From: Patescibacteria group bacterium | GTDB lineage: Bacteria > Patescibacteriota > Microgenomatia > Daviesbacterales > UBA10151 | Direction: 5' to 3' | Assembly (NCBI GenBank): GCA_038064895.1 | Contig: JBBTSA010000010.1 | Span: 31,725 to 95,724, forward strand | Length of the DNA: 64,000 nucleotides | Shown here: in pieces, positions 34,841 to 45,224 of the stretch | How positions within the stretch are numbered: the first letter of the stretch is position 1 | How the letters are laid out: each line of letters opens with the position of its first letter | The notes under the pieces: model-generated | Told to the model about the DNA's origin: nothing | The model's database searches: none | Seen by the model: the letters and a program-made list of their open reading frames with translations, nothing else | Made by a program: the position numbers and the translations under genes

Positions 34841-37684
34841 CTAATTCTGCTTAATAATAGAAAGTATATCACCATTTATGATCGACACTGAAGCAGTACT
34901 AGATAGTATTTGTTTTTCAAATGCCTTTGGCCAAGAAGGAGCTATAATTTTTGTTCTATCCTTTAAAGTCATATTAGCTTCTTTTCTTAACTGCTGGATC
35001 ATTCTTATTAAATCTCTTGCCTCTCCTTCTGTTCTAAGTGCAGGGGTAATTTTTGTATCAAGGGAAACTTTAATTTCATCTTTTGACCCCGATTTAATCG
35101 GGGTTGATGATTTTTTATAACTGATAACCTTTACATTTAGTTCTTCAGCCAATATTTTTTCTAACTCAATATCTAATCGCTTATTGTACTCATAAACTAG
35201 AGATGCTAGGGGTTGCCTTAATTTTATACTTACTTTTTTTCTTTCCGCATGACCCAACTCTGCAATTTTTCTAACAATCTTCATATTATTTACCAAATCC
35301 TTATTAATTAAACCTTTATCTTCTAAAGGATAATCTTCCAAATGAACTGAAGTTTCCTTAACTAAATTTCTAAATATCACATCTGAAAGAAAAGGCATGA
35401 ATGGTGCTAGTAATTTTGAGATGGTCACTAAAACCTTATACATTACTGACAAAGCCTCCACTCTATTCCTTGATCTTCTTATATACCATGTTGAAAAGTC
35501 TGAAGTTATAAAATCTTCAATAGCCCTAGAAGAAGACGTTGCATCATACTTATCTAATTTTTCATTTACTAATACTACTAGTTCATTCAGTCTTGTAAGG
35601 ATCCATACATCCAGCACACTCTGATTATCAATCTTTACATCTTTCCAATTTGTTGCATTGGCATAATCAATAAAATATTTATAACAATTCCAAAGAATAA
35701 GGGTAAACTTTCTATGTTTTTCTAGTACCAAGTCTTTAGAAAATAGATAATTTCCCCCAGCTGGAGCCCCTGTATACATATACCACCTCATGGTATCAGC
35801 ACCTGCTGAAGGAATTATATCCATAGGATTTACAACGTTTCCCTTTGATTTACTCATTTTCTGCCCTTTCTCATCGAAAATTAATCCTGTTGAAATAACA
35901 TTTCTGAAAGGGGCAGGTATTTCTTCTCCCAAAAGCATAGCTTCTGCCATTAAAGTAAAGAACCATCCTCTTGTTTGATCAATTCCCTCAACTATAAAGT
36001 CTGCTGGGTACCACTGCTTATAAATTTGCTGATTTTCAAATGGATAATGCCATTGGGCAAAAGGCATGGCTCCAGAGTCCATCCAAACATCAGCAACATC
36101 TGGTATTCTTTTGCATATCTTGCCACAATCTTCACATTTAAACGCAACTTCATCTATAAAAGGCTTATGAAGATCCTCCGGAACTTTGGCTCCTAAAGAT
36201 TTTAACTGCTCTCTGCTACCTATTACTTTAATATGTTCTCCACAAGTCCAAATAGGAAGTGGGGTTCCCCAAAATCTGTTTCTGGAAATATTCCAATCAA
36301 CTAAAGTCTCCAACCAATTTTTCATACGTCCACTCTTTATAGTCTTTGGCATCCAATTAATTTTTTGATTATCTTCCAATAATTTATCTTTTACAGAAGT
36401 AGTCCTTATAAACCAGGCATCAAGGGCATAGTAAAGAATTGGTGTAGAACATCTCCAGCAGAATGGGTATGTATGTTTTATAGTTTCTGCTTTATATAAA
36501 ACACCACTTTGCTTTAAATCCTCAATAATTTCCTTGTCAGCAGATTTTACAAATTTTCCTGCATACTCTTTAACTTCAGGAATAAATTGTCCTTTTAAAT
36601 TTATTAGATGTTTTTGTGGTAAACCTTCTCTTTTTATTAAATCAAAATCCTCTTGTCCATACATTGTCCCTGTGTGAACAATACCAGTTCCATCATCTTC
36701 TGAGGCAAAATCAGACTCAAAAATCCTGTGGGATTTTGAATTGAAAAGATACGGAAATAAAGGTTTATATTTTTTACCTACAAGTTCTGAAGCTTTAACA
36801 TTTTTTATTATTCTAACTGCATCATCTAAAACGGATAATCTTTTTTTAGCAAGAATATATTTTTCTCCATTATTTTCTACTTTTACATACTCAATGTCTT
36901 TGCCTACTGCTAAAGCAGTATTGGAAGGAAGAGTCCATGGAGTTGTGGTCCATGCTAAAACATAAGTTCCTGGCTCATCCAAAAGTTCAAATTTTACATA
37001 AACAGCAGGATCTTCAGTATCATCTTTGTATCCCAGGGCTAACTCGTGAGATGAGAGTGATGTTCCACAACGGGGACAATAAGGCACAACTTTGTAATCC
37101 TTATACAAAAATCCCTTTTTATTAACCTCTGATAAAAAATGCCAAATACTTTCAATATAGTCATTATCAAAAGTTACATAGGCACTGTCAAAATCAATCC
37201 AAAAACCTATCCTTTTTGTTAAATTTATCCATTCATCAGTGTATTTAAAAACTGATTCCTTACATTTTTCATTAAAATATTTAATTGATTCAAACTCATT
37301 TTTCTTAAGAGTGACTATATCTTGTTTGCCTTTAAGGCCTAAACTTTTTTCTACTTCAATTTCAACTGGCAGACCGTGAGTATCCCAACCAGCTTTTCTT
37401 TCTACCAAATATCCCTTCATTGTTCTATATCTTAGAATTAAGTCCTTCAGAGAACGCTGTAGTACATGACCCATATGAGGAAGGCCATTAGCTGTGGGGG
37501 GACCTTCATACCAAACAAATCTTTCCTTTCCTTTTCTATTTTCTACTGATTTTTTAAAAGTATTATCTTTTTCCCAAAATTTTAGTATTTCTTCCTCAAG
37601 TTCTGCAAAATTAATTTGTGAAGAAATAGGTTTAAAACCTTTAGGTTTCAAGGTTCCACGAAGGGGGTTCTTCAATTTAGCCAT
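34841..37684 (-). CDS. ileS: Isoleucine--tRNA ligase
   Basis: HIGH-type motif PPTANGLPHMGHV and KMSKS motif (KMSKSKGN). The 947-aa length fits class I IleS. Confidence 0.9.
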   Translation of the reverse strand: MAKLKNPLRGTLKPKGFKPISSQINFAELEEEILKFWEKDNTFKKSVENRKGKERFVWYEGPPTANGLPHMGHVLQRSLKDLILRYRTMKGYLVERKAGWDTHGLPVEIEVEKSLGLKGKQDIVTLKKNEFESIKYFNEKCKESVFKYTDEWINLTKRIGFWIDFDSAYVTFDNDYIESIWHFLSEVNKKGFLYKDYKVVPYCPRCGTSLSSHELALGYKDDTEDPAVYVKFELLDEPGTYVLAWTTTPWTLPSNTALAVGKDIEYVKVENNGEKYILAKKRLSVLDDAVRIIKNVKASELVGKKYKPLFPYLFNSKSHRIFESDFASEDDGTGIVHTGTMYGQEDFDLIKREGLPQKHLINLKGQFIPEVKEYAGKFVKSADKEIIEDLKQSGVLYKAETIKHTYPFCWRCSTPILYYALDAWFIRTTSVKDKLLEDNQKINWMPKTIKSGRMKNWLETLVDWNISRNRFWGTPLPIWTCGEHIKVIGSREQLKSLGAKVPEDLHKPFIDEVAFKCEDCGKICKRIPDVADVWMDSGAMPFAQWHYPFENQQIYKQWYPADFIVEGIDQTRGWFFTLMAEAMLLGEEIPAPFRNVISTGLIFDEKGQKMSKSKGNVVNPMDIIPSAGADTMRWYMYTGAPAGGNYLFSKDLVLEKHRKFTLILWNCYKYFIDYANATNWKDVKIDNQSVLDVWILTRLNELVVLVNEKLDKYDATSSSRAIEDFITSDFSTWYIRRSRNRVEALSVMYKVLVTISKLLAPFMPFLSDVIFRNLVKETSVHLEDYPLEDKGLINKDLVNNMKIVRKIAELGHAERKKVSIKLRQPLASLVYEYNKRLDIELEKILAEELNVKVISYKKSSTPIKSGSKDEIKVSLDTKITPALRTEGEARDLIRMIQQLRKEANMTLKDRTKIIAPSWPKAFEKQILSSTASVSIINGDILSIIKQN

Positions 37685-37730
37685 GGGATAATTTTACGTT
37701 TTGCAGGTACGTTTAGCAAGCTTTTAATTA

Positions 37731-38144
37731 TCATTTAAGATCTGAAAGTAATTTTGTAGATTTAAAATTTGTTAACTCGGCGAATTTTCGATCAGCAGTT
37801 ATAAATGTTGTTTTATGTCTTTTGGCAATAACTACATATACCATATCGTAAACAGAAGTATGGTAACTTTTTGCCAATCTTGCTGCCACTTTAATATCGA
37901 TTTCTGTAGGATAGTAAATGTTTAGGCCCATTTGATAAAGCTTAGTAAGAGAATTTGTCATTTTCCAATTAGAAATTTTAGCTTTCGTGGCTAAGGTATT
38001 GGCAACTTCATAAAAAAGTAGATCCGGAATAAAAATTTCAACTTTCGCTGCGATATGATTCTTAAAAAGTTTAATAGCTTGATCGTGTCCTTCTTCATGA
38101 GATAGAACAAGTTTATTGACAACTGAAGCATCTATGACTATCAT
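37731..38144 (-). CDS. vapC: PIN-domain toxin (VapC-like)
   Basis: MIVIDASVVNKLV... with the PIN acidic residues (D5, E..., D...). It overlaps the upstream small antitoxin-like gene by 4 nt. Confidence 0.65.
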   Translation of the reverse strand: MIVIDASVVNKLVLSHEEGHDQAIKLFKNHIAAKVEIFIPDLLFYEVANTLATKAKISNWKMTNSLTKLYQMGLNIYYPTEIDIKVAARLAKSYHTSVYDMVYVVIAKRHKTTFITADRKFAELTNFKSTKLLSDLK

Positions 38145-38437
38145 TCGGAATATCTTATCTCACGGAGGGCCTTTACAGAATCAAAGTTTTTACCAACAGC
38201 TTTTGAATTCGCTTGAGCAAGTTTTTCAAGCTCTTTCATAAACTTTTCTACATTTTTAATTCTCTTTTTAGGTTTCTGCTCTTCAATAATAATTCTAGAT
38301 GTTGCTTCTCGAACAATTTTGGCTAAACTTTTTCTCTCTTTCGCAGCCTTAAGTTTAAGTTTATTATATTGGTCTTCAGGAAATCTAATATTAGTTGCTA
38401 TCCAATTCATAGTAGTACCATTATATAATGGTACCAA
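38141..38437 (-). CDS. Putative antitoxin (RHH/CopG-like) of the VapBC-type pair
   Basis: A 98-aa basic protein (KLKAAKERKSLAKIVREATSRII) directly upstream of the PIN gene and overlapping it. Confidence 0.45.
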   Translation of the reverse strand: MVPLYNGTTMNWIATNIRFPEDQYNKLKLKAAKERKSLAKIVREATSRIIIEEQKPKKRIKNVEKFMKELEKLAQANSKAVGKNFDSVKALREIRYSE

Positions 38438-38706
38438 AAGTCAAATCAAGATATCATTTTAAACATTTTTTGCAGTAGCAAAATTTTGTTATACGGACAA
38501 AATAGTCCTTTGGGGTTATTTTGTCCAAGATTCCATACCCCAGTGCGTCAGTTGAGTTTGATAAATCTATCATTAACCCAGACTACTAATTCACCGGTCT
38601 TAAAACCTGGCAGGGATGCATCCACCATCTTAGCTGCTTCTCTTAAATTTGGGTTAATATTTTCCTGTTGTTCGACTTCTATTGGTCTTTCTGCCATTTT
38701 TTTCTC

Positions 38707-39858
38707 CTATCTGTTTGACCGTAAAAATGCAGGGATTTCCAGATCATCTTCTTCTTCTATTCTTTCTTGTGGTTTTTCCTCCTCCAACGTCTCATTACCT
38801 TCAGATACAGTTTGTGTTGTATCATCTTGAGGTTGAGCTGTCCATCCAGGTTGTACAGAAGCGCTACCTATTCCTGCCCCGACATATTCTCTTAGTCTTC
38901 TTCTTGTCTCATCAAACCCTGTTGCAATAACAGAAATCTTAACCTGATCCAGCTGATCATCTTTTACTGTTGCACCAAATATAATATTTGCATCAGGATC
39001 AGCAGCTTGTGCAATAATTTGTGCTGCTTCATTAACCTCTGCCATAGAAAGATCCGGTCCTCCAACTATGTTAAATAAAACACCCTTCGCTCCTTCAATT
39101 GATACCTCCAAAAGGGGAGAGGCAATTGCCATACGAGCTGCTGCAGCTGCTCTGTTCTCACCACCTGCAAGTCCAATACCCATGAGTGCAGATCCTGCAT
39201 TAGACATGATAGCTTTTACATCTGCAAAATCAACATTTATAAGACCCGGGACAGTTATAAGATCAGATATGCCTTGCACACCTTGTCCTAAAACACTGTC
39301 GGCAAGTTTAAATGCTTCCTGTAAGGTCATATTTTTTTCGACAGACTCCAAAAGTCTTTGATTTGGAATAACTATCAGAGCATCTACTTTGTCTTTTAGT
39401 TTTTCGACTCCTTCTTCTGCTACAATCAATCTTCTCGTACCTTCAAAAGCAAATGGTTTTGTTACAACAGCTACTGTTAAAGCACCTAGATTTTTTGCAA
39501 GTTGTGCAACAATAGGAATTGAACCCGTCCCAGTACCTCCACCCATTCCTGCTGTTAAAAACACCATATCTGCATCTTGTAAAACATCCTCTAATTTTTG
39601 GGATGACTCTTCGGCAGCTTCCCTGCCTATTTCAGGATCTCCACCAGAACCCAAACCCTTGGTTAAATTTTCACCAATTTGAACTTTGGTAGGGGATTGG
39701 TTACTCATTAATGCCTGTACATCAGTATTAACAGCTACAAAATCTACTCCTTGAATTTGTTGTAAGGAGATCATTGAATTTAGGGAATTGGAGCCGCCTC
39801 CGCCAAGACCTACAACTTTAATCTTGGCAAATCTTTGAACGTCAGGTTTAATTAGCAT
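38707..39858 (-). CDS. ftsZ: Cell-division GTPase FtsZ
   Basis: Tubulin signature GGGTGTG (AGMGGGTGTGSIPIVAQLAK). The N-terminus KIKVVGLGGGGSN matches FtsZ. Confidence 0.95.
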   Translation of the reverse strand: MLIKPDVQRFAKIKVVGLGGGGSNSLNSMISLQQIQGVDFVAVNTDVQALMSNQSPTKVQIGENLTKGLGSGGDPEIGREAAEESSQKLEDVLQDADMVFLTAGMGGGTGTGSIPIVAQLAKNLGALTVAVVTKPFAFEGTRRLIVAEEGVEKLKDKVDALIVIPNQRLLESVEKNMTLQEAFKLADSVLGQGVQGISDLITVPGLINVDFADVKAIMSNAGSALMGIGLAGGENRAAAAARMAIASPLLEVSIEGAKGVLFNIVGGPDLSMAEVNEAAQIIAQAADPDANIIFGATVKDDQLDQVKISVIATGFDETRRRLREYVGAGIGSASVQPGWTAQPQDDTTQTVSEGNETLEEEKPQERIEEEDDLEIPAFLRSNR

Positions 39859-39903
39859 AATCTATACTTCACTTCCTGGGCAGAATATATCAAAAAACAT
39901 TTC

Positions 39904-41199
39904 TTATGGCAAGAAGGACTTTACAAGATTAATTCCCTTCTGTAAAAGTCCTTTTAGGGGCAGTGAATCTGATAAAACCGGTATATGCAACTCGCTTCCT
40001 CCGCTTTGTGAGGAGCCATACAAAACCAACCCTGCTGCCGTTGCAAATGTCGGTGAATCAATCTCTTCAATAAGTCCTCCTAACCCCTCAATTTTCCCTA
40101 CTCTTGCAGGGAAGCCTAAAACGTACTTTGCTTGTTCCAAAAGCCCAACAGTTTGAGCCCCACCGCCACAAATAACCAGTCCTGACGGGACCTGTGTTCC
40201 AAAGCCGCTTTTTTTAATTTCGCGTGCCACATATTTAAATATTTCCTGAAGTCTTGGTCTTATTATTCCATCAACAACTGCTTTTCTTGAGATTTTTTGA
40301 ATATCTTCCTCCAGTCCCAAGGCTTTAATATCTAAATTTTCTCCCTCTTTTTTCTTGAGGCTATCTGTCACATCTTCATTTTTTTCAGAAGCCTCGGCCG
40401 GGACTTTTAAACTCTTACCTAATGATAGTTTAATTTTTTCTGCAGACTCCAGGGAAACTCTTAAACCTACAGCCATATCGGAAGTTATGTGACGCGCTCC
40501 AATCGGCACAACGGATGAGTATGAAACAGATCCGTCAACAAAAATCACAACATCTGTTGTTTCTCCGCCAATATCAACTAAAACTACTCCAAGCTCTCTT
40601 TCGGTATCTGTTAAAACAGCAAAATTTGATGCAATCCCTGTGAATACCAGTTCCAAAACATCAATACCAACTTCAGACACACATTTCACCAAATTTCGCA
40701 TCGATGTAGCTGACCCGGTAATAATGTGTGTTTCCGTTTCAAGTCTGATACCTGTCATACCAACCGGATCTTTAATCCCCTCTTGGCCGTCAACAGTAAA
40801 AGTTCTTGGTATGACATGAAGAATCTCCCTGGATGCAGGTAGCGGCACTGCCTTGGCAGCATCATTAACTCTTGCCACATCCGACTCTTTAATCTCCCCT
40901 TCCGGTTCAGACACGGCAACAACCGCATGAGAATTAGTGCTTTCAACTTGAGGCCCGCCCAAAGAAACATAAGCTTGAGAAATAGAATATCCGGCCATTC
41001 TTTCAGCTGCTTCTACAGATTCTGTGATTGCAGAAACTGCTTCAACTATATCAACTACCTGATTTCTTCTCACACCTTTAGAGGGAACTTGAGAAACACC
41101 GATAAGGTTTATTTTTTCATTCTCGTCAACAGAAGCAATAAGAGTTGAAATTTTTGAAGAACCTACATCAATTGCACAAATAACTTTATCTTTAGCCAT
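39904..41199 (-). CDS. ftsA: Cell-division protein FtsA (actin-like ATPase)
   Basis: VICAIDVGSSKISTLIA and DIGGETTDVVIF are the actin-fold phosphate motifs. It lies upstream of ftsZ. Confidence 0.9.
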   Translation of the reverse strand: MAKDKVICAIDVGSSKISTLIASVDENEKINLIGVSQVPSKGVRRNQVVDIVEAVSAITESVEAAERMAGYSISQAYVSLGGPQVESTNSHAVVAVSEPEGEIKESDVARVNDAAKAVPLPASREILHVIPRTFTVDGQEGIKDPVGMTGIRLETETHIITGSATSMRNLVKCVSEVGIDVLELVFTGIASNFAVLTDTERELGVVLVDIGGETTDVVIFVDGSVSYSSVVPIGARHITSDMAVGLRVSLESAEKIKLSLGKSLKVPAEASEKNEDVTDSLKKKEGENLDIKALGLEEDIQKISRKAVVDGIIRPRLQEIFKYVAREIKKSGFGTQVPSGLVICGGGAQTVGLLEQAKYVLGFPARVGKIEGLGGLIEEIDSPTFATAAGLVLYGSSQSGGSELHIPVLSDSLPLKGLLQKGINLVKSFLP

Positions 41200-41201
41200 A
41201 C

Positions 41202-41966
41202 TTAATTTTTCTTTGGGGCAAGTCTTAAAACGGGTTTATCGAATCTTAGGTCAATAAACTCCAACTGATTTTCATCTATTTTAGCCTGATTTAAGATTAG
41301 TTGTAAAGAAGCAAGTTGAGCATCCAAATTTTCTTCTAATTTAAATATTATTCTAGGGGTATTTAACTGCTCATAAGTTATAAACCAACCATCTAAAATT
41401 TCACTAATACTAACATCTAAACCATATGATCTAACCTTATCTAAAACTTTTAGAGCATTGAAAATTGTGTCTGGAATTATTTGACCCAAAGCCAAATTAC
41501 TATGTACATATATCCTTGGAAGATCAAAAGTGGGAGCTTTCTTTGCGAAAATTACTCCATCTTCGTCAACCTCTAATCCTTCATCTGCTTCTAACCTTTC
41601 TGCAGAAGGTGTAGCAATATCTTTCAAAGAAGCTGATACAGTGGCATCCTCTTTCTTAAGAGTCATAAGCAATACTTTTCCTTCTCTGCCGGAAACAAAA
41701 ATACTAATCTTGTTTGGAAAAATCCTGGAAAGCGCTACATCTTTAATGCAAAGGAATTTTTTCTTTATGGCATTTTTTACTTTTGAGGTACTTATAAGGA
41801 AAAGGTTTTGTCCTAATAGTTTGGAAGCATTTTTAATTTTTTCAGAATTAGTACATACAATTTTTTCAGATCCTATATCCACCGATCTAATGGTGAATAT
41901 GTCGGAGCGGATAATTAAGAATCCCAGAATCAGGATAACAGCCAGTAATACTAAACCCCACTTCAT
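41202..41966 (-). CDS. ftsQ: FtsQ/DivIB-like division protein (POTRA domain)
   Basis: N-terminal TM helix, POTRA-like region, and position between murG and ftsA. Confidence 0.6.
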   Translation of the reverse strand: MKWGLVLLAVILILGFLIIRSDIFTIRSVDIGSEKIVCTNSEKIKNASKLLGQNLFLISTSKVKNAIKKKFLCIKDVALSRIFPNKISIFVSGREGKVLLMTLKKEDATVSASLKDIATPSAERLEADEGLEVDEDGVIFAKKAPTFDLPRIYVHSNLALGQIIPDTIFNALKVLDKVRSYGLDVSISEILDGWFITYEQLNTPRIIFKLEENLDAQLASLQLILNQAKIDENQLEFIDLRFDKPVLRLAPKKN

Positions 41967-41990
41967 ATTCTCATTATATCGCTTATTCCC

Positions 41991-43088
41991 CTAATTCCCC
42001 AAAAGCACTGTTTCCAAAGCCAGTCTTTTTGCTGCATCCGGAATAATAACTTCTTTAGCCTTTTTAGCTTTATCTTTTAAATTAGGTAAATCGTCTAACA
42101 TAAGTCTTATGTTTTTTAACAAAGTATCAGCAGATAATTTTTTTTGAGGCAAAATTTTAACTAAACCCAAATTTTCAAAAAATTTGGCATTTTTATTTTG
42201 TTCATCTTTATAAAGATATGGTATGGGAACTACCAAAGCAGGTTTTCCTAGAAAGCTAAGTTCAGTTAAAGTATTTATTCCTGCCCTGGAAACTACCAAA
42301 TCGGCGTTAGATAGAACTTCTCCCCACTCCTCCCCTATCCATTTTTCAACACTATACTTTCCCTCTAATCCTTCTTTTCCTCCTAATCCTTTTAATCTTT
42401 CAAAATCTTTAAATTTGTTATCTCCTGTAACATGAATGATATTTGCTATCTTTGTTAGCTTATTCAGACATTCTTCTACAGTTTTATTAATAATATGTGA
42501 ACCCTGATTCCCCCCAGTAATAAGTATTGTCTTACGGTGTGAACGTAACACACCCCTGGGGTGTGCTAGCTTGACACCGTTCACAATCATACTACGGATT
42601 GGGTCGCCGGTTAAAAGAGTTTTGTCTGCAAAACCATCTCTTCTAAAAGAAAGTGCAATCTTATCTGCAAAAAAACTACTTATCTTATTTGCAAGACCAG
42701 ATACTAGAGTTTGTTCATGAACAATAATGGGGATTGAAAATAACCAAGCAGTAAAAACAGTAGGAACTGCCACATATCCTCCAAAAGATAAAACTACCTT
42801 AGGTTTTTCTGATAAAACAATTATGAGAGCTTGAATGAATCCTACCGGAATTTTTAGAAGAGAAAGAAGTGTATATGGTGTGAATTCCCTTTGGAGCCTA
42901 CCTGTAACAATAGGGATATATTTCACACCAAGTTTTGGTAAAACTTTTGATTCTGCAGAAGGAGAAGGATCACCTTCTTGGGTAGTTTTTCTTCCTACAT
43001 ATACAACATGGACATCAGGGTATTTTTTCAGCTCCTCAACTACCGCAACAGCAGGTGTAAAATGAGCTCCGGTAATAAGTATCTTCAT
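41991..43088 (-). CDS. murG: UDP-GlcNAc:undecaprenyl-PP-MurNAc-pentapeptide GlcNAc transferase MurG
   Basis: MKILITGAHFTPAVAV, ILITGGNQGSHIIN and VSRAGINTLTELSFLGKPALVVP are the GT28 motifs. It carries an in-frame copy of the dispersed palindromic repeat at 42536-42582. Confidence 0.9.
   Translation of the reverse strand: MKILITGAHFTPAVAVVEELKKYPDVHVVYVGRKTTQEGDPSPSAESKVLPKLGVKYIPIVTGRLQREFTPYTLLSLLKIPVGFIQALIIVLSEKPKVVLSFGGYVAVPTVFTAWLFSIPIIVHEQTLVSGLANKISSFFADKIALSFRRDGFADKTLLTGDPIRSMIVNGVKLAHPRGVLRSHRKTILITGGNQGSHIINKTVEECLNKLTKIANIIHVTGDNKFKDFERLKGLGGKEGLEGKYSVEKWIGEEWGEVLSNADLVVSRAGINTLTELSFLGKPALVVPIPYLYKDEQNKNAKFFENLGLVKILPQKKLSADTLLKNIRLMLDDLPNLKDKAKKAKEVIIPDAAKRLALETVLLGN
42536..42582. 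repeat. Dispersed structured palindromic repeat, copy 3, in frame inside murG
   Basis: GGTGTGA-acgta-ACACACCCC-T-GGGGTGTG-ctagctt-GACACCGTTCAC. It encodes VNGVKLAHPRGVLRSHRK in MurG. Confidence 0.7.
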
Positions 43089-43102
43089 GCGTAAATTATA
43101 GC

Positions 43103-44203
43103 TTATGCAGAGCTGTTTTGCTTGGAGATATTTAGAAGTATCCCAACAGCTGTTAAGTTGGCAACCAATGCCGAACCACCATAAGAAATAAAAGGTAAAG
43201 GTACACCAGTAAGAGGAAGCAGTGCCACCATTGAAGAAAGATTGATTACTGTTTGAACCCCCAACCAGGAGGTCAAACCAATTGCCAAAATTCTTCCAAA
43301 ATTATCACTGCACTGCTGCGAAATTTTTATACCCCTTAAAACTAAAATCGCAAACAAAATTACCAATGTTGCTCCTCCTAAAAATCCAAACTCTTCTCCT
43401 ACAACACCAAAGATAGAATCTGTTGTGACTTCAGGTATATATTCGAATTTTTGTCTGGAATGTCCTAATCCCAAACCAAGCAGTCCTCCAGACCCTAATG
43501 CGATTAGTACTTGAGAAATATGGTATGTAAACCCTTGGGTATCCTGGAATGGATCCAAAAATGCAAGTATTCTTTGAACCCTGTAGGGGGATGTAAATAT
43601 AAGTACCGAAATGGCTGCAAGAGATAAAGGCAGTGCAACCAAAAAATGCCAGATTGCCCCACCGGAAGCAAGGTATAAAATAGAAGAAGAAAAAACAAAA
43701 ATAATAGTTGACCCCAAGTCTCTTTGTAAAATGGCAGTTACTGCAGTCACCATGAAACAGAGAGTTAATAAGGGGAAAAATCTTGATCCTTTTGTAAATA
43801 CAGTAGACAGAAAAATTATACCCGTAAGTTTCATAAATTCTGCAGGCTGAAATGTAACAGGCCCCAGCTGTAACCAACGCTGTGCCCCACCGCCGGAAAA
43901 GCCAAAAGAGGGTATTAAAACTGCAAGCATTAATACAAAAGACCCCACTAAAGCGGGAGTAGAAAATTTCTTAAGTATTCTATAATCAATTTGACTAAAA
44001 AAAACCATTGACAAGATGCCGATACTTGCCCAAATTAACTGCTGTCTAATGTAGAAGTTGCTATCCCCGGCATCTCGTAAGGCCTGTACCGGAGACACAT
44101 CATAAACCATTACCAAACCAAAACCTATCAAAATTAAAACCGTAACAAGAAGCGGTAGATCCATTGTATTTTTCTGTGACAGGTACTTTATGTTTTTAAT
44201 CAT
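43103..44203 (-). CDS. ftsW: SEDS-family lipid II flippase/polymerase FtsW (the dcw-cluster copy)
   Basis: Polytopic protein with the conserved region EFGFLGGATLVILFAILVLRG...PLTGVPLPFISYGGSAL. It lies between mraY and murG. Confidence 0.85.
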   Translation of the reverse strand: MIKNIKYLSQKNTMDLPLLVTVLILIGFGLVMVYDVSPVQALRDAGDSNFYIRQQLIWASIGILSMVFFSQIDYRILKKFSTPALVGSFVLMLAVLIPSFGFSGGGAQRWLQLGPVTFQPAEFMKLTGIIFLSTVFTKGSRFFPLLTLCFMVTAVTAILQRDLGSTIIFVFSSSILYLASGGAIWHFLVALPLSLAAISVLIFTSPYRVQRILAFLDPFQDTQGFTYHISQVLIALGSGGLLGLGLGHSRQKFEYIPEVTTDSIFGVVGEEFGFLGGATLVILFAILVLRGIKISQQCSDNFGRILAIGLTSWLGVQTVINLSSMVALLPLTGVPLPFISYGGSALVANLTAVGILLNISKQNSSA

Positions 44204-44216
44204 TGAATGAAAATTA

Positions 44217-45224
44217 TCATTTAAAAAGAAGTGCTATCCATACGCCAAAGATTGCAAAAAGCCCTTGAGCCAACCAAAACCTGGTGACTATTTTAGATTC
44301 CGGCCAACCAATGTATTTAAAATACATATGAATCGGAGTAACAGGTAAAATTTTCCTCCTAAAGAATTTCTTTGAAATTATCTGAAGTAAGGATGATGCT
44401 ACAATTATAACAAATACTCCACCAATAATTGCTAAAGCTAATATTTTACCTGTCAAAAGTCCAACCACTGCCAGAGTTGCTCCAAAACCAAAAGCACCTC
44501 CGTCTCCTAAAAAAATCCTTGCTGGCCAAACATTAAAGTATAAAAAAGCAAAAAGTGTACCAATCCATATACCTATAAAGGATGCCAAAGTTAAATCCAA
44601 AGATGTTGATGCAATCGCCAAAAAAGCAAATAAGCAAATCATCAAAAGCCCTACAGACAAACCGTCCAAACCGTCTGAAATATTATAAGCATTTGCAAAT
44701 GAAACAATTAAAAAGGTGGCAATAGGTATGTACCAAAAATCAATAACAAAATTCCCCAAACCGGAAATATAAATATTATTAATTCCTACGATAAAATAAA
44801 GCATTAAAGAAATTACAGTTGCAAAAGTTACCTGCGAAAAAAACTGAAGTTTTGCCCCGAGGCCTAAAAATTTACCCTTTCTCCTTGTAAGAATAAACTT
44901 TAAATCATCGATAAAACCTAAAGCTCCAAAAGAGAGCATGGTAAGCAGCAAAATAGCCAAATTTACAAAATCTACCCCGGGGTTAATAAATACCAAAGCT
45001 ACGGATAAAAAACTCAAAATTAAAATTAAAAGAATACCTCCCCCCGAAGGTGTAGCTTCATCACCTCTCATCAGTTGATCATGAATTGGAGTTTCAGATC
45101 GGATTTTAAAAGGGGATATTTTTTCATACCTTCTTTTAAGAAAAAAAAGGAAATCAATAAAGGGGACAATCAAAATTGAAGTTACGGCAAACGATAATAA
45201 GACTAAACCTAAAAGTTGTGTCAC
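44217..45224 (-). CDS. mraY: Phospho-N-acetylmuramoyl-pentapeptide transferase MraY
   Basis: NAYNISDGLDGLS and the D-D-xx-D-type motifs (FIDDLKF). About 10 TM helices. Confidence 0.9.
   Translation of the reverse strand: MTQLLGLVLLSFAVTSILIVPFIDFLFFLKRRYEKISPFKIRSETPIHDQLMRGDEATPSGGGILLILILSFLSVALVFINPGVDFVNLAILLLTMLSFGALGFIDDLKFILTRRKGKFLGLGAKLQFFSQVTFATVISLMLYFIVGINNIYISGLGNFVIDFWYIPIATFLIVSFANAYNISDGLDGLSVGLLMICLFAFLAIASTSLDLTLASFIGIWIGTLFAFLYFNVWPARIFLGDGGAFGFGATLAVVGLLTGKILALAIIGGVFVIIVASSLLQIISKKFFRRKILPVTPIHMYFKYIGWPESKIVTRFWLAQGLFAIFGVWIALLFK

Noticed and set aside
38486-38930. Plus-strand ORFs 38486-38830 and 38682-38930
   Set aside because: They overlap the ftsZ 3' region on the opposite strand, are low-complexity (Ser/Leu-rich), and have no motifs. 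They are judged spurious.
43431-43877. 148-aa minus-strand ORF in an alternative frame within ftsW, and similar small overlapping ORFs inside gatA, polX, ileS, murA and other genes
   Set aside because: They are out-of-frame overlaps with well-supported conserved genes, with Cys/Phe-rich unnatural composition. They are typical AT-rich-genome ORF-caller noise.
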